A stretch of 63,126 nucleotides of DNA, the filler included, from Atractiella rhizophila (lineage: Eukaryota): the NCBI GenBank assembly GCA_021432655.1. It is 3 parts of 2 records of this genome, joined end to end, with 100 filler letters (N's around TTAATTAATTAA, not from the genome) between each part and the next. Parts side by side here need not be neighbours in the genome. Positions count along the whole stretch, not along the records: positions 20,400 to 40,074 come from MU271234.1; positions 40,175 to 63,126 come from MU271234.1; 1 more part is not named here. One strand, 5' to 3'. The position numbers and the translations under genes are program-made. Each line of letters begins with the position of its first letter. Positions within the stretch are counted from its first letter, which is position 1. Under the pieces are notes generated by a model that ran no database searches, was not told the origin of the DNA, and worked only from the letters and a program-made list of their open reading frames with translations. Of the stretch, positions 36,394 through 48,822 are shown piece by piece.

Positions 36394-37363
36394 TTAATTT
36401 CCGTCCCAGGTATCAGTGCTATCCCTCCTATCGGCCGCCGACGGCACTTTGTTCTGACTGAGGGGCAGTTGATCCTCAGCGCCAGCGTCTGAGGCCAGAG
36501 GAATATGCCGACTTGTCTGCGAGTTTATAGAGTTGTTGCCCTCGGGAAGTGGACCAGTATTGTAACCTGCAATGGACGTGACTGTTAGCTCAGCACACAC
36601 TTTGTTTGCATCTAGAGGCCATAGGGCAAAGTACCAAACAATCGCAACCTTAGTTAGTACTAAAGCAGGAGTTTGGCGCGGCGCAATAGGCCGCAGCTAA
36701 GATGTGTTCTGAATAAGAAACGCAAGTGTGGAAATACGTTGGGCAAGGGTTGGGTTGATTAAACACCTCTTGACTGCTGCCTAGTAGTGGCAGACCGCAG
36801 CAAAGCCGAGTTGGCAAAGACCGAATCACAGCCCGATTCCTCTTCTGAACCTCAGACGAGAGCTCTCACCTGTTCCGCTACCTGCATCTAAACCGAACCA
36901 CCCCCTCATGAAGCTCCTCGTCCCATTTGGACCTGCCGTCCCACCAGGAATATCGACACCCCAATCAGCGCGATTGTGCCTAGACAAATTGCATCAAGCC
37001 AGCGTCCGTACGGCTGCACGAGTAAGGCACGCACTGTCTGATGGTCCCAAATTCCTGAGTGCCGCCGCCGTCCTCCATCTCTTTGTCCGTTTCTTGCTTG
37101 TTGTTGAGGGAGTTGTTAAAGTTGGCCATCCGCGCGTTAAACGAGGCGGAGGGAGAACTGCCTCCGCGTGGCCGTGCGCGAAGGGATCCGGATGTGGGAG
37201 GACGGTAAAATTTGAAGTACCAGAAAAGGAGGGCGAAGACGATGAGGAAGAAACCGAGAACGCTGCATAATACCTTGGTCCCGTGATGTCGTCAGGGCAG
37301 CAACCGTGCGATGTTTCTGGGGAAACTTACAATAATTATCGTAGTCGTTTCCGAGTCTGCCAT
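36394..37363 (-). CDS. Single-pass membrane protein of unknown function
   Basis: MADSETTTIII-VLCSVLGFFLIVFALLFWYFKFY (transmembrane) then a disordered tail. Three introns, including one of 303 nt (36567-36869). Confidence 0.65.
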
Positions 37364-37519
37364 GATGCGTTAGGCCGTAACTGAGTATATAGAAAGATAT
37401 CAGAGATCGTGTCTGTAGAGCGTATCGCTGTTGGTGGTTTTTGGAGTAGAAGTTCAGTCACCAGAACAACAACAACAAACAAACGGGCACGTGTGGGACC
37501 TTAACCCAGTTCGGCAGCC

Positions 37520-38035
37520 ATGTCTTCATCTGCTTCACCAGAGCCAGAGGCAAAGCCAGAAAGCGTCAAGAAGCGAGGGAAGAAAGGGAAGAAGTTTGTG
37601 CAAGACAAGGTGAATATTCTGGCCATATTTGATTTGACAGCGTCTCACCAAGATTTTATGAAGGAATCACTCCTCGCCCTTGCCAGTTCCATCGTTGAGT
37701 CCAAAGAGGACAAGATAAAAGAAAAAGTGGACAAAGCGGTCTGTGACACATCTGGACGTAGTTTTTGGCTAAATAGTGAGCAGGCACCACGGAGAGAGCG
37801 CGAATTGGAGGCAAGTACAAAATCGGAACTGCCGAAGAAAACTCGTGCTCGTGAACGACTGGTTCGCTCGTCTTTCTGTTTGATCAGCAGGAGAGAAATG
37901 ACGCGTATTAAATAGGAAAAGGCAAAGTCGAAGATAGTGGAGCGGAAGAAGCAGAAGGAATCCGGGAAGAAGACGCGGACGGTCCATCCTGCTCATCCAG
38001 AAGGTCGCAAGAAGAAGGCTGTCGCATTCGCCTAA
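37520..38035 (+). CDS. LOC1: 60S assembly/export protein Loc1-like
   Basis: KKRGKKGKKFVQDK-ESLLALASSIVESKEDKIKEK...KKKAVAFA*. Lysine-rich, three introns. Confidence 0.7.
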
Positions 38036-38338
38036 ACTGCGTAACAGGCGGCGTCTGAGCCTCGCGGGGTTGAATAGACTTGTAAATCTACAACCAACCT
38101 GGAATAGCCTGGTCGATCCTTTCGACAGTGTTTGTAACAGCAATACTGTCGCATTGAAGGGGACGGGAAAGCATTGTAAAAAGCGTGTTGTTAGATATGG
38201 TCGTAGAGGTTAAAGAATGAGACAGTGGATTGGAGGGAAATGATCTATCATTCTCATGGCACAGAATACAACATGCAAAACAAATCGCGGAAGTTTCAAA
38301 ATCGTAAACAATCGTGAAGGCGTCAAACTGTCAACCAT

Positions 38339-40074
38339 CTACCTCCTGTTCGTCTTGCCCATTTTTCCTACAACAACTATAAGCTTCTTGCTAGGTAAAT
38401 AAGTTGATACTTACGTTTACCAGTGTAGAGATGCTTGGGCATCTTTGTAGCCACATGTCTGTCAGCCTCTCCAGCTTTCGCAAGACGGTTCGGCTTCCTT
38501 TGACTGACGAACTTGAGACGATTACTCCTTGCGATTTGCTGTACAGACGCGGCCCAGTCAGCAATCATCCACGAACTAGCATTTGAGAGACATACAGCGT
38601 CAGTACTCATTCCCGCCACAGCCCTATTCTTGCCAGGCACCCTCTTGCCTTTATGCACCACAGTTCCCTTATTACCCTTCTGTCGCTTAGCACTCCTCTT
38701 ACTCTCTCCATCCACGTCCATTCCCTTCTCGCTCTCCTCATCGGTGCTTCCCCATCCATCATCGCCATCTCCCTCTTGATCAACGTCCATCCCATCTTCA
38801 CCGTCCTCATCATTTCGCTTTCGCTTCTTCCCCTCACCATCCACCAATCCTTTGGCCTTCGCAATCAGCTTCGCCCTCTCCTCGAGGTTCGAAGGATCGT
38901 AACCCGCCTCCCGAAGCTTGGATGTCATCTCATCTAATGTCCGCGTCTGCTTGGTTCGCGGGATGATAGCACGATTTTGTTTCTTATCTTTCGATTGATT
39001 CAGGAGACGAATCTGCGCCTTCTTGTCCCGAATGAGAGCGGCGGTAGATCGGATGGCTTCTGTATCGGAGTCGTCCTGCAGTTCGCATGAATACCAGAAT
39101 CAGACCTAGGCAAGAAAAGCTCACCATATCTTTTTCATCGTCGTCATAGTAACCGTCCTGCTCCAACTTTTCCTCTTCCAATTCCAGTTCTTCAAGCTTC
39201 CTCAAGATATCAACGTCAATGAAATCGGCAATATTCTTCCCATCCTTGACCTCTGGAATGTTGTCGTATTTCCAATCTTCATTACCAAGCATGTAATACT
39301 CTGTAGACGAATTCCCATCAGTCCTCCGCCAAGCACAGAAATGAAAAACGGACTCATCATATCCACAGAATAAGCGCCAGCGCCAGCACCTTCATTCTCT
39401 AAGTCCTTCTCCAACTTGATACGATCGGGGTCATCTTTATCATACTTCTTCCGCGTTTGCACTTCGTCCGGAATATGCGGTAGTCTCGCCACTTCATCCC
39501 TGGCTGTCGGGACGGCGACTCTGAGACGACCAAGGAGCGCCTCAGCACGTTTGCTCTTCTCCTTGCTTTCGACTCGTTGCGTTAAGAGCGCCTCACAGGC
39601 GGCGTTTCGAACATCCATTACACCTTCAGTTGAGTGGCAAGAGAGTTGGAGGATTTGGATGGGGAACTCGGGATCGGTAGTGAGAGAATTGAGGAGGTCT
39701 TGCGTCTCTTGTGGGAGGTCCGAAGGACGACAGACGTCGATTTTGTTGATCACGATAAAAGTTGGTTTGCCGGAGAAAAGGGGACGGATGGATTGAAAGA
39801 GTTTGACCTATGGCCCATTGTCAGTCAGGAGTTCCTGTGACGAAACGGAGAGAGACTGACTTGATCTGCAACACTGTAACCGCATTGTTCCGAAAGATCC
39901 ATGAAATACATGATACAAGCTCGCAGGTGAGCGAGAGCAGTGATCGACTGCATTTCAATAGTATTCATTTCTTCCAAAGGTCGATCTAGGATACCGGGAG
40001 TGTCCTAAAACTAGTCATGAGCTTCCATATTTGCTTTTTGTAACGCTGATACATACCACGACTTGCCATCGCAA
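38339..40074 (-). CDS. NOG1: Nucleolar GTP-binding protein 1, 5' part cut by the linker gap
   Basis: [53 protein letters not shown] and [17 protein letters not shown]. Confidence 0.97.
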
Positions 40075-40174
40075 NNNNNNNNNNNNNNNNNNNNNNNNNN
40101 NNNNNNNNNNNNNNNNNNTTAATTAATTAANNNNNNNNNNNNNNNNNNNNNNNNNNNNNNNNNNNNNNNNNNNN
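40075..40174. other. Artificial contig linker N44-TTAATTAATTAA-N44
   Basis: Linker at 40119-40130. Confidence 0.97.
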
Positions 40175-42100
40175 TACCGAGTAACCGTTATAGTAATTAC
40201 GGATTTAATGCGAACACATTCGTCACGTTGGAATACAACGAAATAGAATCGCCCGTGTTACATAGGTCACAAGGAAAGGAGGTAGTACTGATCGAAGCGG
40301 TCTCGTATCATAGAGAGTAAATAAAAGGTTAATATCCTTCCTAGGTTCTACCTGTCTCTCACAAAGACCAGTTAGTCTTAAACGGCCAGATATGTGATAC
40401 GATTCCGTTCGGACCTTTGGAAGTGCGTCTTCCATCCACATCAGGGGTCACAGTGTAGAGTAGAAGGTTACCCTAGCCTGACAAAACGTTAGGCAACAAC
40501 TTTAACTTTCTCTCCGAGTAATAGCTTACATGAAACGACGACCTGAGGTCACCTGGCATGGATTATGGGTCCGTAACAAGATACATCGCAGACCTACTTA
40601 CCTAGGGACCGAGAGCATAGTAGGAGTGGCTCGGGCAGCTTACCGGTTGCTGGTGGAGGCGGGGTGGAGATGGCGTGTCGCGAAGGCGCGGCAGGGATCG
40701 TCGTCGTAGGAGAGGACCAGGGAGAGCTTTTGAGCTTGCATGAAAGTGCGTTGGAAGCGGGAGGCGACCAGGGAGCAGCGAATTCAGTGGTTCGCGCTGG
40801 GGAGGCCAGGAGTGCGGCTTCGCCTCATGGTAGTTCTCGGTCCGCAACCTCGTTTCAAACAACTTCTTTCGACATAAAGCGCGAAGCTGCCCTTGAGACT
40901 ACCCAGACTTTGCCTTTCTCCTCCTTCCTCTCCTAACCGCCTTTCAGTCCTCTGATAACACCGCCTAGGCCTAAACCTACCCTCACACTACCTGCTACTT
41001 CTACTCCTCTAACTTCTCTCATCCCTTCCTTCGTGCTACCTTTAACTCGGCGGCAGGTGGGGATACCTCCTCCTGATAGGCTTCTAACTGCTCCTCCTAG
41101 GAAAGCCGCCCCTCCAATGCGACTTCCATCTCCAACACCTACTTCTGCTTCTACTCCTTTACCTACTTCCCCTTCGACTCCGACTTCTAGACAGCTTGGT
41201 CGCAATATGGGACAGAGTTAAGGTCTTCTTCGTCTTCCTTCTACGGTTGCGGCGACGACGGCCTGTGGACCTAGGACGGTTGTGGAAGAGGTTTCGCCTG
41301 CTCGACCTTTTCGAAGCTTGCAGACCTAGGTACTGAGTCAGGGTGGTACTCTAGAGCGCTCACTTCTTGCACTTGGAGTAGGTCTAACCCTTTGTGGAGT
41401 AGCTTCGCACCATGAAAAGAGGGATAGGTCACCTTATGAGGTAAAGGGCGAGCTTGCTAAGCCGTGAAAAACAGACGCTCAAGACAGAGAGCATAAAACC
41501 TAGCCTCTCCTACAAGCTCGCTGTATCCTTCAAGTTCACGTACGAGCAAGTAGGCGGACCTTTACTTTAGATATCCTTGCTCCTAGAGTCGAAAAAGCTC
41601 TAACTGCCTTCCTTCGTCTTCTGAACCACAGCGTTAGAGACAGAGGATAGGTTTACGAAAGAGCTAGTGTTTTGCAATATGATGCTGCATCTAGGAAAGG
41701 AAAAGATGCAGGAGTGCGTTTCTCTGCTATTCCCGGTAGTGTAGTAACCAATGAAGAGCTTCCTCTTTCTTAGCCGTCTCTTGATATTGCAGCGAACATA
41801 GGAGTGGGAAGGAGTAGTGGTTGCTAGACCCACCCCTTTCAAAGACTAGCTTAAGAGAATGCTTGAGTCGTTCTTCCTCCCCTTCGAACCAAGTGGTCTC
41901 TTCGGCGAAAGGCTAGAACCTGACAACTGAATAGCTCGTATAACCCGGCTCCCAATAACACGTCGACGACAACTTATTCACGTGCCCTTCCACCCGTCCT
42001 CCTCTAGTCGTAACTACTCTAGCGAGTTTTCTGCTCATAGTGAGTACGGCTATAGTACGTGTGCAATCGAAAGGTTAGGAAAAGAGAAATACAAGAGAAA
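40175..42100. repeat. Degenerate repeat/TE-like remnant, TpA-rich and ApT-poor
   Basis: Stop-riddled Pro/Ser/Thr-rich frames. TpA 22 / ApT 8 in 40921-41220, versus 6 / 7 in similarly pyrimidine-rich ATG4 coding sequence (23881-24180). The contig ends inside it. Confidence 0.55.
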
Positions 42101-42260
42101 CAATTGACCGCTACCTTATCAACAGTCCGCAACGTTTAGGAGTTCAAGTTGTTCTTGCCAATGAAGGAAGTTCAGAGCACCAAAGATGTCTAAGTAAACA
42201 CATACAGGAAGTGGGTTCATTCGCCAGATACCACCATAAGCTCAGCACAAGTCAACATAC

Positions 42261-42491
42261 CTTATTAAAGTCCTGATAATGGACATAATACTCTAACCCG
42301 GTCTCCTGAGCCCCTAACTCGCTGTCCTTCCTCCGTAGCAATCTGCTGGCTATCTTCTTGCGCTCGCGTATGCTCAAGATCTCCGCTTTTCTTGCTTCCT
42401 CTGCTGGGCGACGGTCAACCATGACCTTGCAGCCTACAATGAGGCTGTCTAGGGCCGGTAGACCATAGGCTGAGGGTGAAGGTGAAGCCAT
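42261..42491 (-). CDS. ESA1: Esa1/Tip60 MYST acetyltransferase, first exon (Tudor-knot/chromodomain) only
   Basis: IVGCKVMV...RKAEILSIRE...LEYYVHYQDFNK, then a GTATGT donor. The expected RLDEW exon was not found before the repeat. Confidence 0.82.
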
Positions 42492-42794
42492 GGCGCGCTG
42501 GGATCAACTCAGTAACAAGACTTCGTCGTCGTTTGTTTTGGTTTGAAAACATTGTCATGAGAATTGCCACACATCCGAGTGGCAGACAATCTGAAGACAA
42601 CAAAAGTCTTCAATGTTTCAGTGTTGGGCGACCAGCAACCTCCGCGTTGCCTTTGATTTTTGTGATAGTCTTTCGACGTTACAAGATTTCGGCACCACTT
42701 GCAGACCTTCAACATCCAACAACATCTAACAGCGCGCAAGGCTGGAGTTTTGGTGCAGAGTTGTGTCACGCGAGAATAGAGTTGTTTCGCAGAT

Positions 42795-42840
42795 TAGAGT
42801 TAATCGCGCGAGTGTAGAGTTAATCGCGCGAGTGTAGAGT
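42795..42840. repeat. Perfect 20-nt tandem duplication TAGAGTTAATCGCGCGAGTG x2.3
   Basis: Seen directly in the sequence. Confidence 0.95.
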
Positions 42841-43295
42841 GCGGATGCTATTGATGCCGTTCCTTCACGGTGGCACCACTCACAGACTTCCATCAGTTCC
42901 CAGAGATTATGTTACGCCGCTACAGTCGTGATGGATGCACGCAGAAGGGAAGGCTCCTCGCATGGGTGGACACATTGCGACTCTTTAGTTCTTTATGTGC
43001 CTTGTGCCTTGTCATGGTGTTGCCGCTATATCTTTGCGAGTGCAGGGTGTGTAATATATTTTATATTATGGAATGATCGCAGTTGTCGCCATCTCTCCAC
43101 TGTGATACTACAAGACGTTGGCAGAAATAAATGCTCCTCGATATCCAACACTCATACACTCATTTTTAACATGTCGCCGTCGCTGTCATTCTTAAGATCA
43201 TACGGAATGCAATTATGGAATACTTCTATTTCATGCTGACTAATGAGCTTTATGCTCTTATATATGTCCTTTGATAGACTTTTTAAGATACCCCG

Positions 43296-44165
43296 CTAAA
43301 TCATCTCCACAACCATTTGATCGCCATCTGCTATCTGTCCACCCCTGATCCCCATTTTATGAAGTATATGAAGAACCACAATAGACAACATCCAAACGAC
43401 GATTAGGAGTGGCAACAAGTGTACCACCCACTTATGGGTGTCGTCGAGGCATTCGGCGACGAAGTAGTAGGTGACAAAGAGACAGAATGCCCAGAACAGT
43501 GCCCAGCAACAGAGTTCGTAGAGTACTTGTAGCTTCTGATGGTAAAGTCGCATCCCAGCTGTGATTGCTTTCAGTTGGAAGCGATGGCAACGAACATTGG
43601 AGGACTCACAGGTGCGAGCATGAACGCGCGAGATGATGTCCAACACTGCGATTCCGGCGAGGAGGAGGAGAAGGCATATGAAAGCCCCAAGATATAGTCT
43701 ATCTCCCTTGTCTGAAGACATGACCAATTTAACGATAACTCCTATCACCAGGCCCACAGCCCAGTCCACAATTTTGATCCTTGGTGCCTCCTCCTCCATC
43801 CTCCTCTCTGAAATGAAGCGAAGGACAGCCTGATCTACACGGCGGAGGTTTTGCTATCGTGGAAGTCAATAACACGGGCTGATAGCTCAAACTGTGAAGT
43901 ACGTCATCGCTTTCATTCCCTCTTTGTCTAACAGTAACAGCATTGGGAACAGTTGAATTGTCACTGCACTCAACATAAGTGAGTGGTCTCCTAAAAATAA
44001 AGATCTTGATACCCCTGGGCAACGGTTTCGGTACCTGCTACAATATCCTTCAGCTATTTACCGCTTAAGGTGGATTAAATACTTACCAGGGATGTCTGGG
44101 CTTACAGAGGACGCATTCCCTTGTTCTGCTCTCAAGTTACCACTGTTTCCAAGTTGTGGATCCAT
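43296..44165 (-). CDS. Orphan four-transmembrane protein; 5' exons tentative
   Basis: ORF 43296-43799 has four hydrophobic segments. A 49-nt GT-AG intron near 43852-43900 extends it in frame (...NESDD|QNLRRVDQ...). A GTAAGT donor at 44086 follows MDPQLG... (ATG 44165). Confidence 0.5.
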
Positions 44166-45858
44166 TGGTAAATAAAAATCTGCTGATGGGAGTTTCTTGC
44201 TGGCACGAGAGCCTTTTAAGGAAGTGCAGCCTGTCTTTTACGGAAAAGAGCGTTTTACCCTGTATTAATGTTGTGACTGTTCCTACTCGAGTACCAATAC
44301 CTGGTACGGTCACAGTTGGAATCATAGCGGCAATATTTAACTATTGGTTAACGATACCGGGCTTCTGGTCGTGCTCTTTCCTTCCAGTATCTTGCCAAAT
44401 CTCACAGTATATCTCAGAGAGGCCATGGATCCAGATGTGCCGGAAGAAATTTTGGTGTCCATTGATGAACTCCAGTTCCAAGCCAGTTGGTGACGAGTGG
44501 TCATGTTGTCCATTGATTCATGAGGGATAGTAGAGAAATTCGTCGCTTCACGGAAGCCTATCCCGAGTCTGTTAGGCATTCTATTGCAGTTGCAGAGTGG
44601 GACACAAAATTGACATAAACAATGGACACGAAACTTTGAAATTTTGAAGGTTGCACAAAGTGTGTTTCGAGAATTTAACTTGTTCAATCGATAGGTTATA
44701 TGATCTCCCTTGATCAGATCCTCACACAAACAAATGCATTATTAATTGGTTGAGACGGAGTTGTCTCCCGCAAAATAAGGACCAGAAATGCTGAAACAAA
44801 ACAACAAGGAGACATGAGACAAAAGAATTTGCTGTGAGCTTTCCTCACCGCCAAGTTATTGTATATCTGTGGGCAGTGGGCACGACTTTCGTTTCTTTCA
44901 TGGATCCAACCAGTAGCGCCTTTTCTTGGAACAGCCGAAATCTAACCGCCCCATCCAAAGCAACCCCATCCAACGTGACCCCCATCCAGATAGCCTCAAG
45001 TTCATAATCCCTTAAAGGACCGTTTCTATAACAGCAGTGGATACTCACGGAAGCTTTTTGATATCGACTGTTTCCAATCGACGAAGGTATGTTTGAGACA
45101 CTACTGCGTATTTGTGATGCTGCTGATCAGCCAGAGTTGTTACTGTATGCTGTTTGTAATTTATGGAGTTATTATTAAAGAGGTACATTTCATCAATAAC
45201 TAGGCTGAGAATTGGCCATAGGCCACAGCACTATGAGTTTATGCGATCACGACCATGGTCACATGGGAAGTAAGTTACTGTAATCGCAACAAAGACTCGG
45301 CCGCTTTTGAGGGGCAACTTTCAGGATCAGACCAACAAGCACTTTCGCCAACTGAAGCTTGCAATACAGTATCTTATTAAAATGTATCACTGCTCTTATA
45401 ACTGACTATTACATGCAGGCAACTATCCAAATACAACTATCACTACGGTGCCAGCTATTTAGTTCTCGAGATCTTAGACTGTTGTGGATTGAATCAGGTT
45501 GCATAGTATTTGGTTTGTCTGGACACCATGATTGGCATTGAAAGGAACAATAACAATGAAAGGACATGATTAACTAAATTTGAAATTCGAAAACTAAGTA
45601 TTCTGAGCGTTCGATAGGAGAGAGCAAGGAAATGAAGGAAAACGTGACTGTTTCAACAAAATGTGAAGGGGGAAAAGGAAAGGGAAGGATGTATCAAACA
45701 GACATGCTGAAATGAAATGAACTTGCAACTGGCACTTTGCGCTGTACAGAAAGCGTCTTAGAAGAGAAACGATTGGTTGAGATCCATACTGCTAGATTGG
45801 AGGATTTGATTGCTGAGCAAGTGAACGCATACGGTTGGAGGGAACGGAATGTAGCTCT

Positions 45859-48587
45859 TCAAGTTGCGCTGACTGCACTCGAAACACTTTGTTTCCTACC
45901 CCGACTTGTGACTGTGCTCGCCGTCGTAGTTGTGGAGATTTTCCTTCCCTCCTCATCGACCTTCCCTCTCGCGGCTAAGAGCCTGCTGCCTACGCTAAAC
46001 CGGCTCCCGGTTGTCCTTCCACCCAACAGACGACTCTTCGTCCCAACACCGAGTGTTGGAGGAGTCGCCTTCGCGATCACGTTGCTGAGTGCGCTGGGAC
46101 CAGGTCCAGCACTCGCTTTCTTCGCCCGTGCGACTGCAGCAGCGAGTTTCGGCTTGATGAAAGGACTTGGAAGCTCTTCTTCGTCTTCGGTATCGAGTGC
46201 CTGCATGTCCTTCATAACTGAAAGTGCGGAGGTGGTCTGACTGCGCCGATGCGTCCGACCAACTCCTCCACCGCCTTTCTTGATGAAGGGAGAGGGAACA
46301 TCCTCTTCGTTCTCAAAGTTCCATGTTGGGGGAGTGTTGGGATTGAGGGAAGGCGGGATTGGAAGGCCAGCCGCATTGGTGTTAGAGTTGGCTTGGGCTG
46401 GGGCGGTGTTGGTCCGTTGAGGTGATGGAGCGCGAGACTTTGGAAGCGTGTAATCGGACTGAGTGCGAGGAGGCACAGGATGGGATGGCAGACCAACGAC
46501 GGAGACGGGCCGACGTTTCTTCTTCTCCGCATCTGGGACATGCGGAGCGCTGCCAGACTTCGTGAACTTCGACGAGCGTGGCGACAGAGGAAGCTGCATC
46601 GCTGCCTTCGAAGGAGAACGGAGGAACGGGTTGGCGTTTTCTCTCTCGTATTCATCGACCACTGACATGGGGGTACTGGTTGTATCTCCAGCAGCAGATG
46701 CGAGGAATCCAGAGATATTGGGAATGCTCTTGCTCGTCGGTAGCTGGAACGTTTTTCTCCTGCCGGCTCCAGCGGAAGGCGTAACGAAGTCCGACTTGTC
46801 CGCCATCACCACGCTCTTCATCGGTGTATCGTCCACTTCCATTCCTTGCATAAGCGCACTGAGCCCCGCTTCACTCCCCCTCTTCGAAAGCCCCGTATTC
46901 CTCCTCTCCTCCAACACCTTACGTCCCGCGCTTTGAGGGACCGGTACCAGACTTGGTCGACTCGCCACTCTCGCCAGCACTCCATGATGGTCGCCTTCGT
47001 ATAGACTTCTCCTTCGCTCCATAGATGATGAGACAACTGAACCGACGGACGAGGTAGAAGACCGCATGCAGCGTGAGCAGATGATGTCGGACGCGGCCTG
47101 GGATTGGGACGCGCTGGAAGAGAGCAGCTTTTCCTTTTCGATCAATGCAGCTTCGCGACTGGCTAACGAGTTCTCGCGACTCTGAAGAGCGAGTTCACGC
47201 TCGGAAAGGAGGACGGAACGGTTGTGCAGGTCTTGTTCTTGAGCTTTGAGCGCGTCGGATTGTAGCCGTAGGTTGTTGGCCCTGCAAAGGTTGGTCAGGT
47301 CTTGTAAGACTAAAGAGGTGATGAATGCATACGCGACTCGTAACTCTGAGATCCGGATCTGCACTTTCACCAGATCAAGGCTTTTAAGTTGTTCTGTGGT
47401 TGGGCGTTGTTTCGGCTGGTTCCATTACAAGAACAAATTCAGTAACTATCACCAAACCCTCTGCCCTTGACCGAAAGAGAAAAAGAACTTACGTTTTGCC
47501 TTAACATACTCCTTATCACACCTGCCAGTGTACTTGAATAACCCTTAGGGAGATCCGGTATCTTTCCCTCCTTGATCAATTTGGCGAGCTCCACTTGCGT
47601 CTTCGCTTCGTGGAAAGGTGGGTGCCATGCGCAAAGCTCGTAAATAAGGCAGCCCAGAGACCAAATGTCGGAGGAGCGACCGTAGTCTGAGCCAGAGATG
47701 AGCTCAGGGGACATATAGTATGGCGTCTACCATAAGAACAAATTAGATGAGAAAAGGACAGCGAGGAGGAAAGGACGGACCCCGACGTAGGTGTTGGTGA
47801 AAGCTGCTACTGACATGGCTTTCGAGAGTCCGAAATCACCGAGCTTGAGGTTGTTGTCTTTGTCAAGGAATACACTATATATCAAAATTAGCCACTTTGT
47901 TCTAAGAGCCGAACAGAAAAGTCACTTCTCTGGTTTGATGTCCCGATGGAGTATCACTTCTTTCGGGTTCCCATTCGCGTCTGTAGTGCAGTGACAATCG
48001 TGGAGTGCGACGGTGAGTTGGGTGAGGTAGGACCAGACAAGGTCTTCGGGTATAAGCGTCCTACATTTTCATTATGAACACCTCACTCCTTCCACGAATG
48101 TGCAAAAGGACCCACTTTTCTCGTTTGCATCTTGTAATAAGGGCAGCCAAATCCCCACCCTCACAGTACTCCATAAGGATGAAGAGCATACAGTTCTTTT
48201 TATCCACAAATCGGTCGTAATATTTGACAATGTGCGAGTTGGATGTGAGGTTCTGTAGGATATTTACTTCTGACGAGAGCTGCAATAAGTCCTTCTGATC
48301 CATCCTCGCGTAATTCAGTTCTTTCCTAGCTAGCACCTACACCGTCACAGACCATCACATCACCTTCTGCCTTGCATGGACAAACAGGGTGATGTTGAAA
48401 AGTAGAAAATACGAACCATGCCATCCTTCACGCGCCGCACTTTCCTTATAATCCCAAACGTCCCATTCCCAATCACCTCCAGCGGCTGATACATGCTTTC
48501 CATCGTCTCGACGGTGTTGAGAGGCGAGTTCCCAACCATTGTGATACGCCGCTTCACCTCTCCCCCAGCTTTTTGAGCGGTCGCCAT
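45859..48587 (-). CDS. nimA: NimA/Nek2-like (Kin3/Fin1) G2-M serine/threonine kinase with coiled coil and disordered tail
   Basis: IGNGTFGIIRKVRR, LARKELNY, MEYCEGGDL, ILHRDIKPEN, KLGDFGLSK, TYVGTPYYMSPE and SDIWSLGC. Confidence 0.95.
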
Positions 48588-48822
48588 CTCCTTTTGCTAG
48601 CTTCGCTTCTATTTTCTATGAGGATCGGTTGTTTGAGACCGATTTGGTTGAAGGGGAGGAGCAACGTTTGGTGGTTGTTGTGCCCCGTTAAGCGCGTAAA
48701 TATCATGTGACTAACCTTAGTCTGTTCGTAGTCAAGCTACACTATCCAAGTGACCTTCCACAAATTTCTACCTCGAAGCTCTCCAAAACGAGCTCAAAAA
48801 CACTGTTCATAGCCTGTAGAAT

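Noticed and set aside
44080..44091. ATACTTACCAGG resembling the 5' end of U1 snRNA
   Set aside because: It mismatches ATACTTACCTG, no U1 stem-loops or Sm site are evident, and it is better explained as a minus-strand GTAAGT donor.
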